Positions 49,236 through 58,579 of a stretch of DNA of 64,000 nt are shown one piece after another. The translations under genes and the position numbers were made by a program. Location of the stretch: NCBI GenBank assembly GCA_964428555.1, contig CAYRYS010000001.1:15653-79652 (forward strand), read 5' to 3'. This DNA comes from an uncultured Spirochaetales bacterium. Lineage in GTDB: Bacteria; Spirochaetota; Spirochaetia; CAYRYS01. How positions within the stretch are numbered: the first letter of the stretch is position 1; each line of letters starts with the position of its first letter. Under the pieces are notes generated by a model. It worked only from the letters and a program-made list of their open reading frames with translations, was not told where the DNA came from and searched no databases.

Positions 49236-50110
49236 TGGAGATAGGTGTAATAATAAATTTTCTGATAAAAGGATTGGAAATGTCCAGTCCAATTGCTTTT
49301 GCAGCCCTTGGAGGTGTATTTACTGAAAAGAGCGGAGTAGTGAACATCGGTCTTGAAGGAATAATGATTGTATCTACTTTTACTATTGTATGGGGAGCCC
49401 TTTCATTCGGAACAATATGGATGGGTTTGCTCTACGCAGTAATAGCCGGTGCGCTTATGGCTACAATCCATGCGGTTGTTACTGTAACCTACCGGGTAGA
49501 TCAAATTGTCTCAGGTGTTGCAATAAACATCCTCGCTGTTGGTATTTCACGGTTTTTGTCTCACAATATATATGGCCAGGAAACACAATCAGTAATAAAC
49601 CAGAACCTGTTTCCTGTTATATTTGGTATAAACAGTTTTGCATTCGCGCTGATTCCAATAACTTTTTTTGCTTGGTTCCTCCTGTTTAAGACTACCTTCG
49701 GTCTCCGGCTCCGTGCTGTAGGTGAAAACCCGGAGGCAGCGGATACCCTTGGGATCAATGTGTATGTTATGCGTTACGCAGGTGTAATTCTTTCCGGTGT
49801 GTTCTGCGGACTTGCTGCAGGGACATTATACCCAGCACAGTGGCTTTCTGGTATGACTGGAGGACGAGGATATATTGCACTTGCTGCAATGATATTCGGT
49901 CGGTGGCATCCTGTAGGAGCTGTTCTCGCCGCATTATTGTTCGGTTATGCTGATACATTCAGAATACTCTTTGAGTCACAGATACCGATACCTGGTCAGT
50001 TTGTCCAAATGCTGCCGTATGTTCTGGCTGTTGTTGTACTTGCAGGTTTAGCCGGCAAAGCCAAGCCGCCAGCAGCAGATGGAATACCCTACGAAAAACA
50101 CGCAGATTAA
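49235..50110 (+). CDS. ABC transporter permease (BMP-system, second TMD)
   Basis: Multi-TM, 291 aa. Its start overlaps the upstream stop. Confidence 0.8.
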   Translation: MEIGVIINFLIKGLEMSSPIAFAALGGVFTEKSGVVNIGLEGIMIVSTFTIVWGALSFGTIWMGLLYAVIAGALMATIHAVVTVTYRVDQIVSGVAINILAVGISRFLSHNIYGQETQSVINQNLFPVIFGINSFAFALIPITFFAWFLLFKTTFGLRLRAVGENPEAADTLGINVYVMRYAGVILSGVFCGLAAGTLYPAQWLSGMTGGRGYIALAAMIFGRWHPVGAVLAALLFGYADTFRILFESQIPIPGQFVQMLPYVLAVVVLAGLAGKAKPPAADGIPYEKHAD

Positions 50111-50141
50111 AAAAAATGCCGCTTTACAAGCGGCTTTTTTT
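50109..50141 (+). terminator. Rho-independent terminator after the ABC operon
   Basis: A8 then GCCGCTT-TACA-AAGCGGC then T8. Confidence 0.65.
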
Positions 50142-50178
50142 AACTAAATATTCGCAAATTATAAGTCATTTCACTATA

Positions 50179-50901
50179 ATGATAGATATAGTTCTGTTAG
50201 TTACAATATCTATCATTATTTTTGCGGATTTAACAATGCATTTTAACCTGAAAAAACTTAACAATGAGCAGATATCCCTTAGCATGGTGAAAAATAAATG
50301 TGTCCAAACAGAACTTGAATTGCAGAGATACAAGGAGTTGTTTCAGGAATATGTACACCGTTCGAAGAATAGTTTCGCAATGCTCATCAGTTATCTCGGC
50401 TTTCAGAAAGATAAGCTTGAGGATGAGAACTGCAGAGGAATGGTGGACTCCATGTCTGAACGAATTTATACCATATCAATGCTTCAGGATAGAATATTTG
50501 AAACCAAGGAGAAGAACCTCCCTATTGAAACAGATTTCATAATTGAAAATGTATATAATAGATTTGCCTCAGAAGATGACCAGACTAAGCGGAACAAAAT
50601 AAATATACACGCTGTTAAATGTGAAATAGAAAGCAAAAAAGCATTCTATCTTGGATTGATTGTATTTGAATTACTGATATGTATAAAACAGCAAATTGAC
50701 GAAAAAAGGATACAACAAGCGTCGTTACATTTCTCCCGGGATGGAGAGATGCTTCTTACTAAAGTTTGTATTGAAGCTGTCTTACCGGAATATGAGATGC
50801 CTGAAGCAGAGATTGTAACCTTGCTTGTTCGAAATAGTGCTGGTTCTATTGTATATGAAAAAGATAGTATTCAAATCCTTCTGCCGGTAAATACCATGTA
50901 A
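50179..50901 (+). CDS. Membrane-anchored histidine-kinase-like protein (HisKA_2/HWE-type H-box) without a recognisable ATPase domain
   Basis: An N-terminal TM, then the H-box-like EYVHRSKNSFAMLISYL. No clear N/G1/G2 boxes in the ~150 aa that follow. The track ATG at 50116 lies inside the terminator hairpin, so I moved the start to 50179. The start remains uncertain. Confidence 0.35.
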   Translation: MIDIVLLVTISIIIFADLTMHFNLKKLNNEQISLSMVKNKCVQTELELQRYKELFQEYVHRSKNSFAMLISYLGFQKDKLEDENCRGMVDSMSERIYTISMLQDRIFETKEKNLPIETDFIIENVYNRFASEDDQTKRNKINIHAVKCEIESKKAFYLGLIVFELLICIKQQIDEKRIQQASLHFSRDGEMLLTKVCIEAVLPEYEMPEAEIVTLLVRNSAGSIVYEKDSIQILLPVNTM

Positions 50902-50923
50902 TACATTCAGTGATAGATTCAGA

Positions 50924-53029
50924 TTAATTACCTGTTCTGCTGCCTGTTTTTATTATTGCTTCGTAATTACCCGAATTTTCTGCAAGCCGGAACGAGGTGA
51001 AGATAATCTTAAGGGTCCTGTTCTCTCCTGCTTGGAAGGTAATCCGCGCTGAATTACCGGGGCCGCTGTTATTGTCTGAGTATAAAGTTCTTCCATCCAT
51101 AGTGCGGACATATACCATTGGATCGAAACTGTTAGAAGTTAACTCAATTGAATAGGTTTGGCCTGCCTCTGTTTCAAGTTCATAGGAATCGTAAGACCTT
51201 CCTGTTAGGTCCATGGTATCTGTTTGGGAGAGTTCACCTTCCACAGTATCAAGTATTTCTGTTCTTCCAAGACTTTCAATTATTAATGAATAGATCCCAG
51301 TATTCCTGCCGCTTTCTGAGGAGATATGCAATATATAAATACCTGTGTTTTCCGGGGTAAACTCAAGTACTGTTTCTCTGTGAAGGTCTTCTCTTGAGCT
51401 TGAGGTCTCAGCATCTCTAATTTCAGGGACTGCTACATAGGGTTGAAACTCAGAGGATTGCACACGGATTCTGTAGAAGGTTTCAGCTTGACCAAGAAAG
51501 GTATATGTATCGCTCAGTCTTCCTGCCAGCGGTGTGTCATTCAGAGTAAGCGAAGAGCGGATAACCTGGTTCTGCTCAAGTCTGTACCCGTCGACATAAT
51601 CTTGCCAATCACCAGCCTTTTCTTCTGATACTAAAATGGAGTAATCACCAATAGTTTCAGTAACAAGGCTTGTTGCACGAATAAATAGCTCACTGCTGTT
51701 CTGGGAAAAAGTGTATTCTATGCGGGCATTAAATCCCTGCCCACCGTCATCATTGCTAGCAGTAAAGCCTGTCTCGTCCTCTATTATAAGATAGCTATCA
51801 AAGTCTTGGGAACGAAGATCAATAATAATATGCTGCCCTGGATAACCGGATATGCGGTATGTATCCACATAACGGCCTTCGAGTAACTGGTCATCTTGAG
51901 AGAGGGATGCTTGTACCTGTGAACCAACCTGAATATGCTCAGCAGTTTCCTGACTTATAAAAGACAGTGTGTAAGATCCTGTTTCGTACGGTCTGTCAGA
52001 ATGAACAAAAACCTGCACAATCCCGCCGTTTGTGGAGAACTGGATCTCACTGTTTTGTGATCCATCATCTCTGTCATCATTAGATATGTACTGCCCTGAA
52101 TCAGTAATAACTGTAAGAGCTGGGTCAAAACTATCGGAATCCAAGGTGATATGTACTTCATTGCTTTCGTTTGCTCTTAAGATATAATTATCTGTATATA
52201 CGGAGCCGAGAGACTGGTCATCTTCTTCCAAGGCTCCCCGTACTGTCCTACCGACCGAAAGAGTATCAGGGGAGGATAGTGGAATGAGTCGGATTTGATA
52301 ATTACCGCTGGACCATTGCTGAAAACTCGATGCTTGAATTACAGCGGAGGCATTTCTCTCGGAATATAGAAAAAGACCTGAATCCCTGCTTCCGAAATCA
52401 TCGTTTACTATTGGCTCATGCTGTGACATATATGCTGTGAGCAGGGGGTCAAAGTAATCTGATGAAAGAGAGACAAAATACTGGGTGCCCTCTTCTAAGA
52501 ATATCCTGTAGTAATCGATGTATCGCATGTCAGAAGAAACATGGTCTCCTTGTTCCAGTATACCTGGTAGTGTCTGATTCGGAACAAGAAGTTGGAACCT
52601 TGCATTTGTTGTAAGGTAGTCAGGATATCTCTGTGATTCCCTGGGTATAGAGCTGGCTTTTGCAAATAATGAGTAGCTTCCTGTGCTGTGAATATCAGGA
52701 ACAGATGTGACACCGAGTCTGGCGATGCCGTTTCGAGTAACTGGTACAGAAATAAAGACTGAATCAAAAAAACCTGCGTACCTGTTTTCTGATCCTGAGG
52801 GTAATTCCAAAATCAGTTCCGGAGTGAAATCCTGGGAAGTGATTGCAGCTGAAAGACTTTGACCGTTTGTTACCTCTATCTCATACCAATCCACAATACC
52901 GTATTGCTCATCCTGCTCCTGCTGTAGCGAAAGACGGTCCGATTCAAACATTATATTTGTCTGTCCATAGGTATGGAGAGAAAGAACAAGAAATACTATA
53001 CAGAAGAAGGTCCAGATTTTTGATTTCAT
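50924..53029 (-). CDS. Secreted protein with ~6 tandem pre-peptidase C-terminal (PPC)-like beta-sandwich repeats
   Basis: Signal peptide. A repeated motif D-x-Y-x-[IL]-x(8-12)-[IV]-x-L-x-S-x-x-FD-[PS]-x-[LV]-x(8-12)-NDD-x(4-6)-[NS]-x-I recurs about every 95 aa. Confidence 0.55.
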   Translation of the reverse strand: MKSKIWTFFCIVFLVLSLHTYGQTNIMFESDRLSLQQEQDEQYGIVDWYEIEVTNGQSLSAAITSQDFTPELILELPSGSENRYAGFFDSVFISVPVTRNGIARLGVTSVPDIHSTGSYSLFAKASSIPRESQRYPDYLTTNARFQLLVPNQTLPGILEQGDHVSSDMRYIDYYRIFLEEGTQYFVSLSSDYFDPLLTAYMSQHEPIVNDDFGSRDSGLFLYSERNASAVIQASSFQQWSSGNYQIRLIPLSSPDTLSVGRTVRGALEEDDQSLGSVYTDNYILRANESNEVHITLDSDSFDPALTVITDSGQYISNDDRDDGSQNSEIQFSTNGGIVQVFVHSDRPYETGSYTLSFISQETAEHIQVGSQVQASLSQDDQLLEGRYVDTYRISGYPGQHIIIDLRSQDFDSYLIIEDETGFTASNDDGGQGFNARIEYTFSQNSSELFIRATSLVTETIGDYSILVSEEKAGDWQDYVDGYRLEQNQVIRSSLTLNDTPLAGRLSDTYTFLGQAETFYRIRVQSSEFQPYVAVPEIRDAETSSSREDLHRETVLEFTPENTGIYILHISSESGRNTGIYSLIIESLGRTEILDTVEGELSQTDTMDLTGRSYDSYELETEAGQTYSIELTSNSFDPMVYVRTMDGRTLYSDNNSGPGNSARITFQAGENRTLKIIFTSFRLAENSGNYEAIIKTGSRTGN

Positions 53030-53251
53030 TGATGTACCCCTTTTTAAAGTTGCAGAAGCTTACTGAAAATCAACTCTTTGTTTCATCCTTATATTAGAAA
53101 AAAATTAAAAAAAAGTCGAGACTATATCAGGAAAGTTAAAAAATGAACAGGATTACCAAGGAAAGATTAGTAACCTATAGTACTAAGCGGTAGACAGGAA
53201 CTATGATTTTTCTTACTGTTTATTATAGCTATATTGTAGTAAAGGAGAATT

Positions 53252-53563
53252 ATGAGCACAGAAAAGAAACTAACAGGAAAACAGCGGAGGTGGCTATTTA
53301 AGAAGGCGCACGATCTTGATCCTGTTGTAATTATTGGAAAAGCCGGGCCCACCAGGGAGCTGGTACAGGCTGTTGATGCAGCGTTATCTGATCATGAGCT
53401 ACTTAAAGTTAAGTTTAATGACTATAAAGATGAGAAAAAGGACATTGCAGCATTCCTTTCAAAGGAAACAGGGGCATATACTGTGTGGATTATCGGTAAT
53501 ACCGTGGTATTCTATAGACAGAATAAAGACACTGAAAAACGGCAATATAACTTGCCCAAATAA
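53252..53563 (+). CDS. yhbY: YhbY/CRS1 (CRM-domain) RNA-binding protein
   Basis: 103 aa. LTGKQRRWLFKKAHDLDPVVIIGKAGPT...LLKVKF is typical of YhbY. Confidence 0.7.
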   Translation: MSTEKKLTGKQRRWLFKKAHDLDPVVIIGKAGPTRELVQAVDAALSDHELLKVKFNDYKDEKKDIAAFLSKETGAYTVWIIGNTVVFYRQNKDTEKRQYNLPK

Positions 53564-53706
53564 GATTAAAAAGCAAAAAATCAAACTAAAGTTGTATAGT
53601 ATAACTTTAAGGTTATGTCGTATGATTAAGCAGTACTGCGATAAATCGCGGGAAGATACTTTTTCCTTGTCCAGCGCGGGTATTCGTTGAATGCCCGCGC
53701 ACTATT

Positions 53707-53738
53707 TAAAAAAGCTGCCTTAAAAAAGGCAGCTTTCA
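53707..53738. terminator. Rho-independent terminator (mainly for pfp on the minus strand; may also serve yhbY)
   Basis: Perfect 8-bp AGCTGCCT/AGGCAGCT hairpin. It is flanked by A6 on the plus-strand 5' side, which gives U6 after the hairpin on the minus strand. Confidence 0.65.
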
Positions 53739-53742
53739 TTGT

Positions 53743-55401
53743 TTATGAAAGTTCTAATTTCAGCGTTTTGGTAGGCTGATTACAAACTTCATCAGGACCA
53801 TAGTATTGAATAGCACCTGGATATAGATAAGAAGTCTGATATGCCCACTTTTCTCTATGTGCAGCAAAGGTTGTAAAGGGCTTGTCGTCCAGTTCCACAA
53901 GCGCCTTTTTTATTACCGGTTTCTTCTTTCCGTGTCTTTGCTCGAGGTTCATCATCATAGTTAAAGGAACTCCACCAGCAACCCATTCAGCGGCTGGTTT
54001 GTTCAGATTTTTCACAGATGAAATGTAGCCGGTTAAGCCGTTTGCGATAAGAACATAAGCAGTGTATCCGAGACTGTAGCAGTAGTCAGCATCGAAATTG
54101 GATGGAAAGGCGCACCTGCCTTCGTATCCAAAGAAATGATGCTGAGGAACGAATTTACCAGTGAATTGGTCTTCGTTTTTCAGCTCGTCAAGTCTGTCAC
54201 GTACCATTTCAATAAGAAGCTGTTCAGTATCGATTCTGGAAACCTGAACATTACCATGGGGGTCGCGGTCCATTAAGAGCTGCCTTCGGATACTATTGGG
54301 AAGTGTGGAAAAGACATAGGATGAGTCTTTGCTGAGGTTTTTATTCAGCCACTCACTCTGGTCTTCAAAAGTGCGAAGGGTGCTGAAGTGCTTTGAATGA
54401 TTTGCTAAAAGGTCGTTAATCTCTGAAATGAGGAGTTTCATTTCAGGCACGAATTCGATTAAGCCTTCAGGAACAAGTACAACACCGAAATTCTCTCCGT
54501 TTTCTGCACGGATTTTTACAACTTCAACAATGTTTTGTACAATTTCTTCCATGGAAACCTGATTCTCTTCTATTTCCTCAGAAATGATGGTAACATTCGG
54601 CTGAGTTTGAAGTGCGCATTCCAAAGCAATATGAGAAGCAGAGCGGCCCATGAGCTTGATAAAGTGCCAATATTTTTGGGCAGAGTTTACATCTCTGCAA
54701 ATATTTCCAATAAGCTCTGCATAGGTTTTTGTTGCTGTATCAAATCCAAAGGAAACTTCAATATGTTCATTCTTTAAGTCACCGTCTATTGTCTTAGGAA
54801 CTCCAATAACTTGGATGTCTGAGCCTTGGTCTGCAAAATATTCAGCAAGGAGTGCCGCATTTGTATTACTGTCATCACCGCCTATTATGATAAGTGCATC
54901 CAATTCCCGTTCTTTGCATACTTCCAAACTTTTTTTGAATTGTTCAGGGGTTTCGATCTTTGTACGGCCGGAGGTGATCATATCGAATCCTCCAGTATTC
55001 CTGTACTGGTCAACAAAAGCAGGGGTTAGTTCGATAGCTTTATTTTCAAGAATACCCCCAGGGCCTTTTAGAAAGCCAAATACTTTTGAGTCAGGATTCC
55101 CTTTTTTTACTCCGTCAAAAATACCCGCAATTACGTTGTGTCCCCCTGGAGCCTGTCCGCCCGAAAGAACCACGCCAACATTAATCTTTTTATGAGCATC
55201 CTTATTCTCTCCCTTTGCAAAGGAAGCAATAGGCTGTCCATATGTTTTTGAGAAAATCTCTTTCAGTGCTGTCTGGTCGGAGACTGATTCAGTAGCATCT
55301 CCTAAATTTACCTTTATCGTATCAACAGGTTCTTCTAGAATTTTCGGTACTTTAGGTTCATATTCATATCTAGCTTTCTGCAATGCGGAAATAGATTCCA
55401 T
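53743..55401 (-). CDS. pfp: Pyrophosphate-dependent 6-phosphofructokinase (long type)
   Basis: 552 aa. GGDDSNTNA (Asp replacing the Gly of the ATP-PFK GGDGS motif, typical of PPi-PFKs) and PKTIDGDL. Confidence 0.85.
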   Translation of the reverse strand: MESISALQKARYEYEPKVPKILEEPVDTIKVNLGDATESVSDQTALKEIFSKTYGQPIASFAKGENKDAHKKINVGVVLSGGQAPGGHNVIAGIFDGVKKGNPDSKVFGFLKGPGGILENKAIELTPAFVDQYRNTGGFDMITSGRTKIETPEQFKKSLEVCKERELDALIIIGGDDSNTNAALLAEYFADQGSDIQVIGVPKTIDGDLKNEHIEVSFGFDTATKTYAELIGNICRDVNSAQKYWHFIKLMGRSASHIALECALQTQPNVTIISEEIEENQVSMEEIVQNIVEVVKIRAENGENFGVVLVPEGLIEFVPEMKLLISEINDLLANHSKHFSTLRTFEDQSEWLNKNLSKDSSYVFSTLPNSIRRQLLMDRDPHGNVQVSRIDTEQLLIEMVRDRLDELKNEDQFTGKFVPQHHFFGYEGRCAFPSNFDADYCYSLGYTAYVLIANGLTGYISSVKNLNKPAAEWVAGGVPLTMMMNLEQRHGKKKPVIKKALVELDDKPFTTFAAHREKWAYQTSYLYPGAIQYYGPDEVCNQPTKTLKLELS

Positions 55402-55636
55402 AAAAATTACTCCTTAATCTGTTTTCTTGAAGATGAGGTCCAACTAGATATACCTGTCTAAAAGGGAAAAGTCAAGGTATCAATGGCTTTTAGAGTAATT
55501 GGAGGTATAACGATGAGTAAATGTATGTTTAAAATTGATCAGTATTCTAATACTATACTTTTGAAGAATAATCTATAATACATTTTTTTATTTCACTGAA
55601 TATTATTAGTAAGTTTAAGTGTGAGGAGCATGCTTT

Positions 55637-55972
55637 ATGAAGAATAGAATACAGCTTGGCAATACCGGCTTCAGTATTTCAACGATAGGACTAGGGTGCT
55701 GGCAGTTTTTCAATGGAAAGGGCTTTGTAGGCAGATATTGGAGTCCTCTTTCTGACGAGGTAGAAGATAAAACTATTAAGGTTTCCCTAGAGAGGGGAGT
55801 AAATTGGTTTGATACTGTCCAGGCTTATGGCTGGGGAGTCTCTGAACAAGCCCTTGGCAAGCATGCAAAAAAATATGAAAGAGATTATGAGTTTCTGATA
55901 GCGGATAAATGGTTTACCCTGTCTTCACACGAGCTTAGGGAAATTGATATAGTAAGTCAAAACGCAAGCTGA
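55637..55972 (+). pseudogene. Truncated aldo/keto reductase remnant (N-terminal ~110 aa only)
   Basis: The AKR N-terminal region (LGNTGFSISTIGLGCWQF, WFDTVQAYGWG) is present. The ORF ends after 111 aa, 8 nt before the convergent galK stop. Full-length AKRs are about 280-330 aa. Confidence 0.5.
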
Positions 55973-55979
55973 TGCACCC

Positions 55980-57260
55980 TTAGCAAAGGCGAGCAGTCCC
56001 GCGGTTCCGTATTCTTAGAGGGGTAACACAGCCTGAGCCGAAAATGCTTTCCATCCGTGCCTTATAGTCATCGATCCTGTTTAATGGAATGTATGCTTGG
56101 ATAGCACCTGAGAAACCGCCCCCATGTACTCTGCATGCACCGTCGGTCTGAAGAAAATCTTCAGTTACTGCAAGAGCAAGGGTGATGCCCTGTTCTGTTG
56201 GTCTTGTTGTGGAATAACAATTCTGAAGCAGCTTCCAAGAAGAATCCCCTGACATATTCACAAGCCTGAAGTACTCAGAAATATTATTGGACATAAGCGC
56301 TTCAAGCTGTTGTGTTACCCTTTTATTTTCGTTAAAAAAATGAAGACACCTGAGTACAGCTCTCTCTCCGAACTGCTTCCGCAGTACAGCAGCTGCAGAT
56401 AGTATATCATGTTTTTCGAGCTGTCTGCAGATACGCTTCCCAAGTGTATTGGCAACTGAAAACATGTCTTTTGTGATTGCCGAATATTCATAGGAAAGAT
56501 CTGCATTATTGTCCCCTGTATCAACAGCAACAAGGGTGTAGCCATGGTCCTCGAAATCATAGTCAATTTGATCAATGCCAGGAAAATGGAAATCAGCAAA
56601 ATCGATGGATATAATTCCGCCGTTTGCACAGGCTATTTGGTCCATTAACCCACATGGTTTACCGTAATAGTTGTTTTCCGCAAATTGAGAAACAATGGCA
56701 ATGGAAAGCACTGGAATGCTGCCCTCATTATACAGATGGTTTAGTATGGTGCCGATTAATGTTTCAAAAGAAGCAGAGGAGCTTAATCCTTCCCGCGCAT
56801 CAATATTGCTGTTTACTACAGCATGAAATCCTCCTATTTCGTATCCTTTATCTTTTAGTCCCTTTGCAACACCGCGGACAAGTGCTTCCGTGGTTCTCGC
56901 TTCTTCAGGAATAGGATCTAAAACATTTAAGTCGATAGTGAACTCCTGGTTAAATCCCTCTGAAATAATACGGATAATATTCGTGTTATTCTTTGCTACT
57001 ACTGCAATGGTATCCAAATCTATACTTGCAGCAAGGACTTTCCCTCCATTGTGGTCGGTGTGGTTTCCACCTAATTCAACCCTTCCAGGCGATGAATACA
57101 GTTGAACAGACTCCTTTCCAAATGACTTTGTAAAGTGTTCAAAAGTTGATTCATACCGTTGTTTTTGGTAGATAAGGCTTTGTTGTCCGTAGGTGTCTGA
57201 AAAGACCTGATCGAATCCACCGTTTTTTAATCTTTCTAAACATTTCTCCAGGCGGGGCAT
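55980..57260 (-). CDS. galK: Galactokinase-family GHMP kinase
   Basis: Galactokinase signature PGRVELGGNHTDHNGG. The GHMP ATP-binding motif PxGSGLSSSAS is present here as EGLSSSASF. Confidence 0.8.
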   Translation of the reverse strand: MPRLEKCLERLKNGGFDQVFSDTYGQQSLIYQKQRYESTFEHFTKSFGKESVQLYSSPGRVELGGNHTDHNGGKVLAASIDLDTIAVVAKNNTNIIRIISEGFNQEFTIDLNVLDPIPEEARTTEALVRGVAKGLKDKGYEIGGFHAVVNSNIDAREGLSSSASFETLIGTILNHLYNEGSIPVLSIAIVSQFAENNYYGKPCGLMDQIACANGGIISIDFADFHFPGIDQIDYDFEDHGYTLVAVDTGDNNADLSYEYSAITKDMFSVANTLGKRICRQLEKHDILSAAAVLRKQFGERAVLRCLHFFNENKRVTQQLEALMSNNISEYFRLVNMSGDSSWKLLQNCYSTTRPTEQGITLALAVTEDFLQTDGACRVHGGGFSGAIQAYIPLNRIDDYKARMESIFGSGCVTPLRIRNRGTARLC

Positions 57261-57261
57261 A

Positions 57262-58308
57262 CTAATTCTGCTCCGTATAATGGACTTCAGAGCAGTTCCT
57301 TAAGTTTTCCGCGCTTGTCTCTGCAGTAATATCCCTCTGGGCAGTAGCCATCATTTCGTAGCCTACCATGAATTTCTTCACTGTTGCAGAACGGAGAAGA
57401 GGAGGAAAATAGTGGACATGGAACAGCCATTCGTTGTATTCCTCTCCATCAGTGGGCTGCTGGTGTAGTCCCATTGAGTATGGAAAATCAGTCTTAAATA
57501 GATTATCAAAACGGACACCCATACGTTTGATTGCATCTGCATAATCCTGTTTATGTTTCTCATTAAAATCTGCAAGACTTTTTAGATGTTCCTTTGGAAG
57601 GAGCATTGTTTCGTAAGGCCAGACTGCCCAAAAGGGGACAAGCGCAACAAATGAGTTATTTTCAAAGACTATTCTGGATTTGTCTTTTAATTCTATATCG
57701 AGGTAGTCAAGAAGCATAACTGAACCATGGGTGTTAAAATATTCTTTTTGTCTTTTCCATTCGGTTGAAGGTAAAACAGGAACTGTGCTATTTGCCCAAA
57801 TTTGACAGTGGGGATGCGGATTCGAGCAGCCCATTGCTGCACCATGGTTTTCAAAGATCTGGACATAGGATATATCATTACGCGATCCAATTGCTTTATA
57901 TTCTTTTGCCCACACATCTACAACTTTTTTAATATCCTGTACATCCATTTTTGGAAATGATAAATCGTGGCGCGGAGTAAAACATATAACCTTACAAATA
58001 CCGGATTCACCTTCTGCCTTCAGCAGTCCAGACTCCTGAAAAGATAGGTCCGGAGTATCTTCAAGAAGTGCAGAGAAGTCATTTACAAAAACAAAGGTGT
58101 CTTCATAATCAGGGTTCTTGTATCCGCCGGAGCGTGAATTCCCTGGGCACAGATAACAACTCTTGTCATATTTCGGGCGTTTTTTCATGTCCGCCTCTTC
58201 CTGCTGACCCTGCCAAGGACGTTTGGTTCTATGAGGAGAAACCAAAATCCATTCACCTGTTAAGATATTATATCTCCTATGTGGCATTTCCTGTAAATTC
58301 ATGCACAA
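57262..58308 (-). CDS. galT: Galactose-1-phosphate uridylyltransferase
   Basis: CYLCPGNSR zinc site and an HPH active-site motif (NPHPHCQIWA). 348 aa. Confidence 0.85.
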   Translation of the reverse strand: MCMNLQEMPHRRYNILTGEWILVSPHRTKRPWQGQQEEADMKKRPKYDKSCYLCPGNSRSGGYKNPDYEDTFVFVNDFSALLEDTPDLSFQESGLLKAEGESGICKVICFTPRHDLSFPKMDVQDIKKVVDVWAKEYKAIGSRNDISYVQIFENHGAAMGCSNPHPHCQIWANSTVPVLPSTEWKRQKEYFNTHGSVMLLDYLDIELKDKSRIVFENNSFVALVPFWAVWPYETMLLPKEHLKSLADFNEKHKQDYADAIKRMGVRFDNLFKTDFPYSMGLHQQPTDGEEYNEWLFHVHYFPPLLRSATVKKFMVGYEMMATAQRDITAETSAENLRNCSEVHYTEQN

Positions 58309-58579
58309 CTCTCCTTTTCTCTAAAAAATGCTAAACCTAATTGTATATTTCTGATATTCTGTAACTATTGCATAGGATGTATCCAATGTTCTGATAGAAA
58401 ATTGTAATCCTATTTGTATTAATCTGTCAAACTATTTAATTAGTTTGCGTAAGTAAATCTATGTAATTTGGAATTTCTGGACAAATGTATACTATAGTCG
58501 AAGAAATGACAACAGTATTTCCGTCTTTCACGAGTAGGCACATAGCACTTTTTACTGTTAATAATAAGGAGGAGAGATA

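Noticed and set aside
50116-50178. ATG at 50116 as start of the HK-like gene
   Set aside because: That ATG lies inside the stem of the rho-independent terminator hairpin (GCCGCTT...AAGCGGC) of the upstream ABC operon. I moved the start to 50179.
50924-53029. DNA-level repeats or mobile element inside the 701-aa gene
   Set aside because: The periodicity is at the protein-domain level (about 95-aa PPC-like repeats with diverged nucleotide sequence), not near-identical DNA repeats.
53334-53690. 118-aa plus-strand ORF downstream of yhbY
   Set aside because: It is out of frame with yhbY, overlaps it, and runs through hairpin and terminator sequence. It has no SD or family resemblance.
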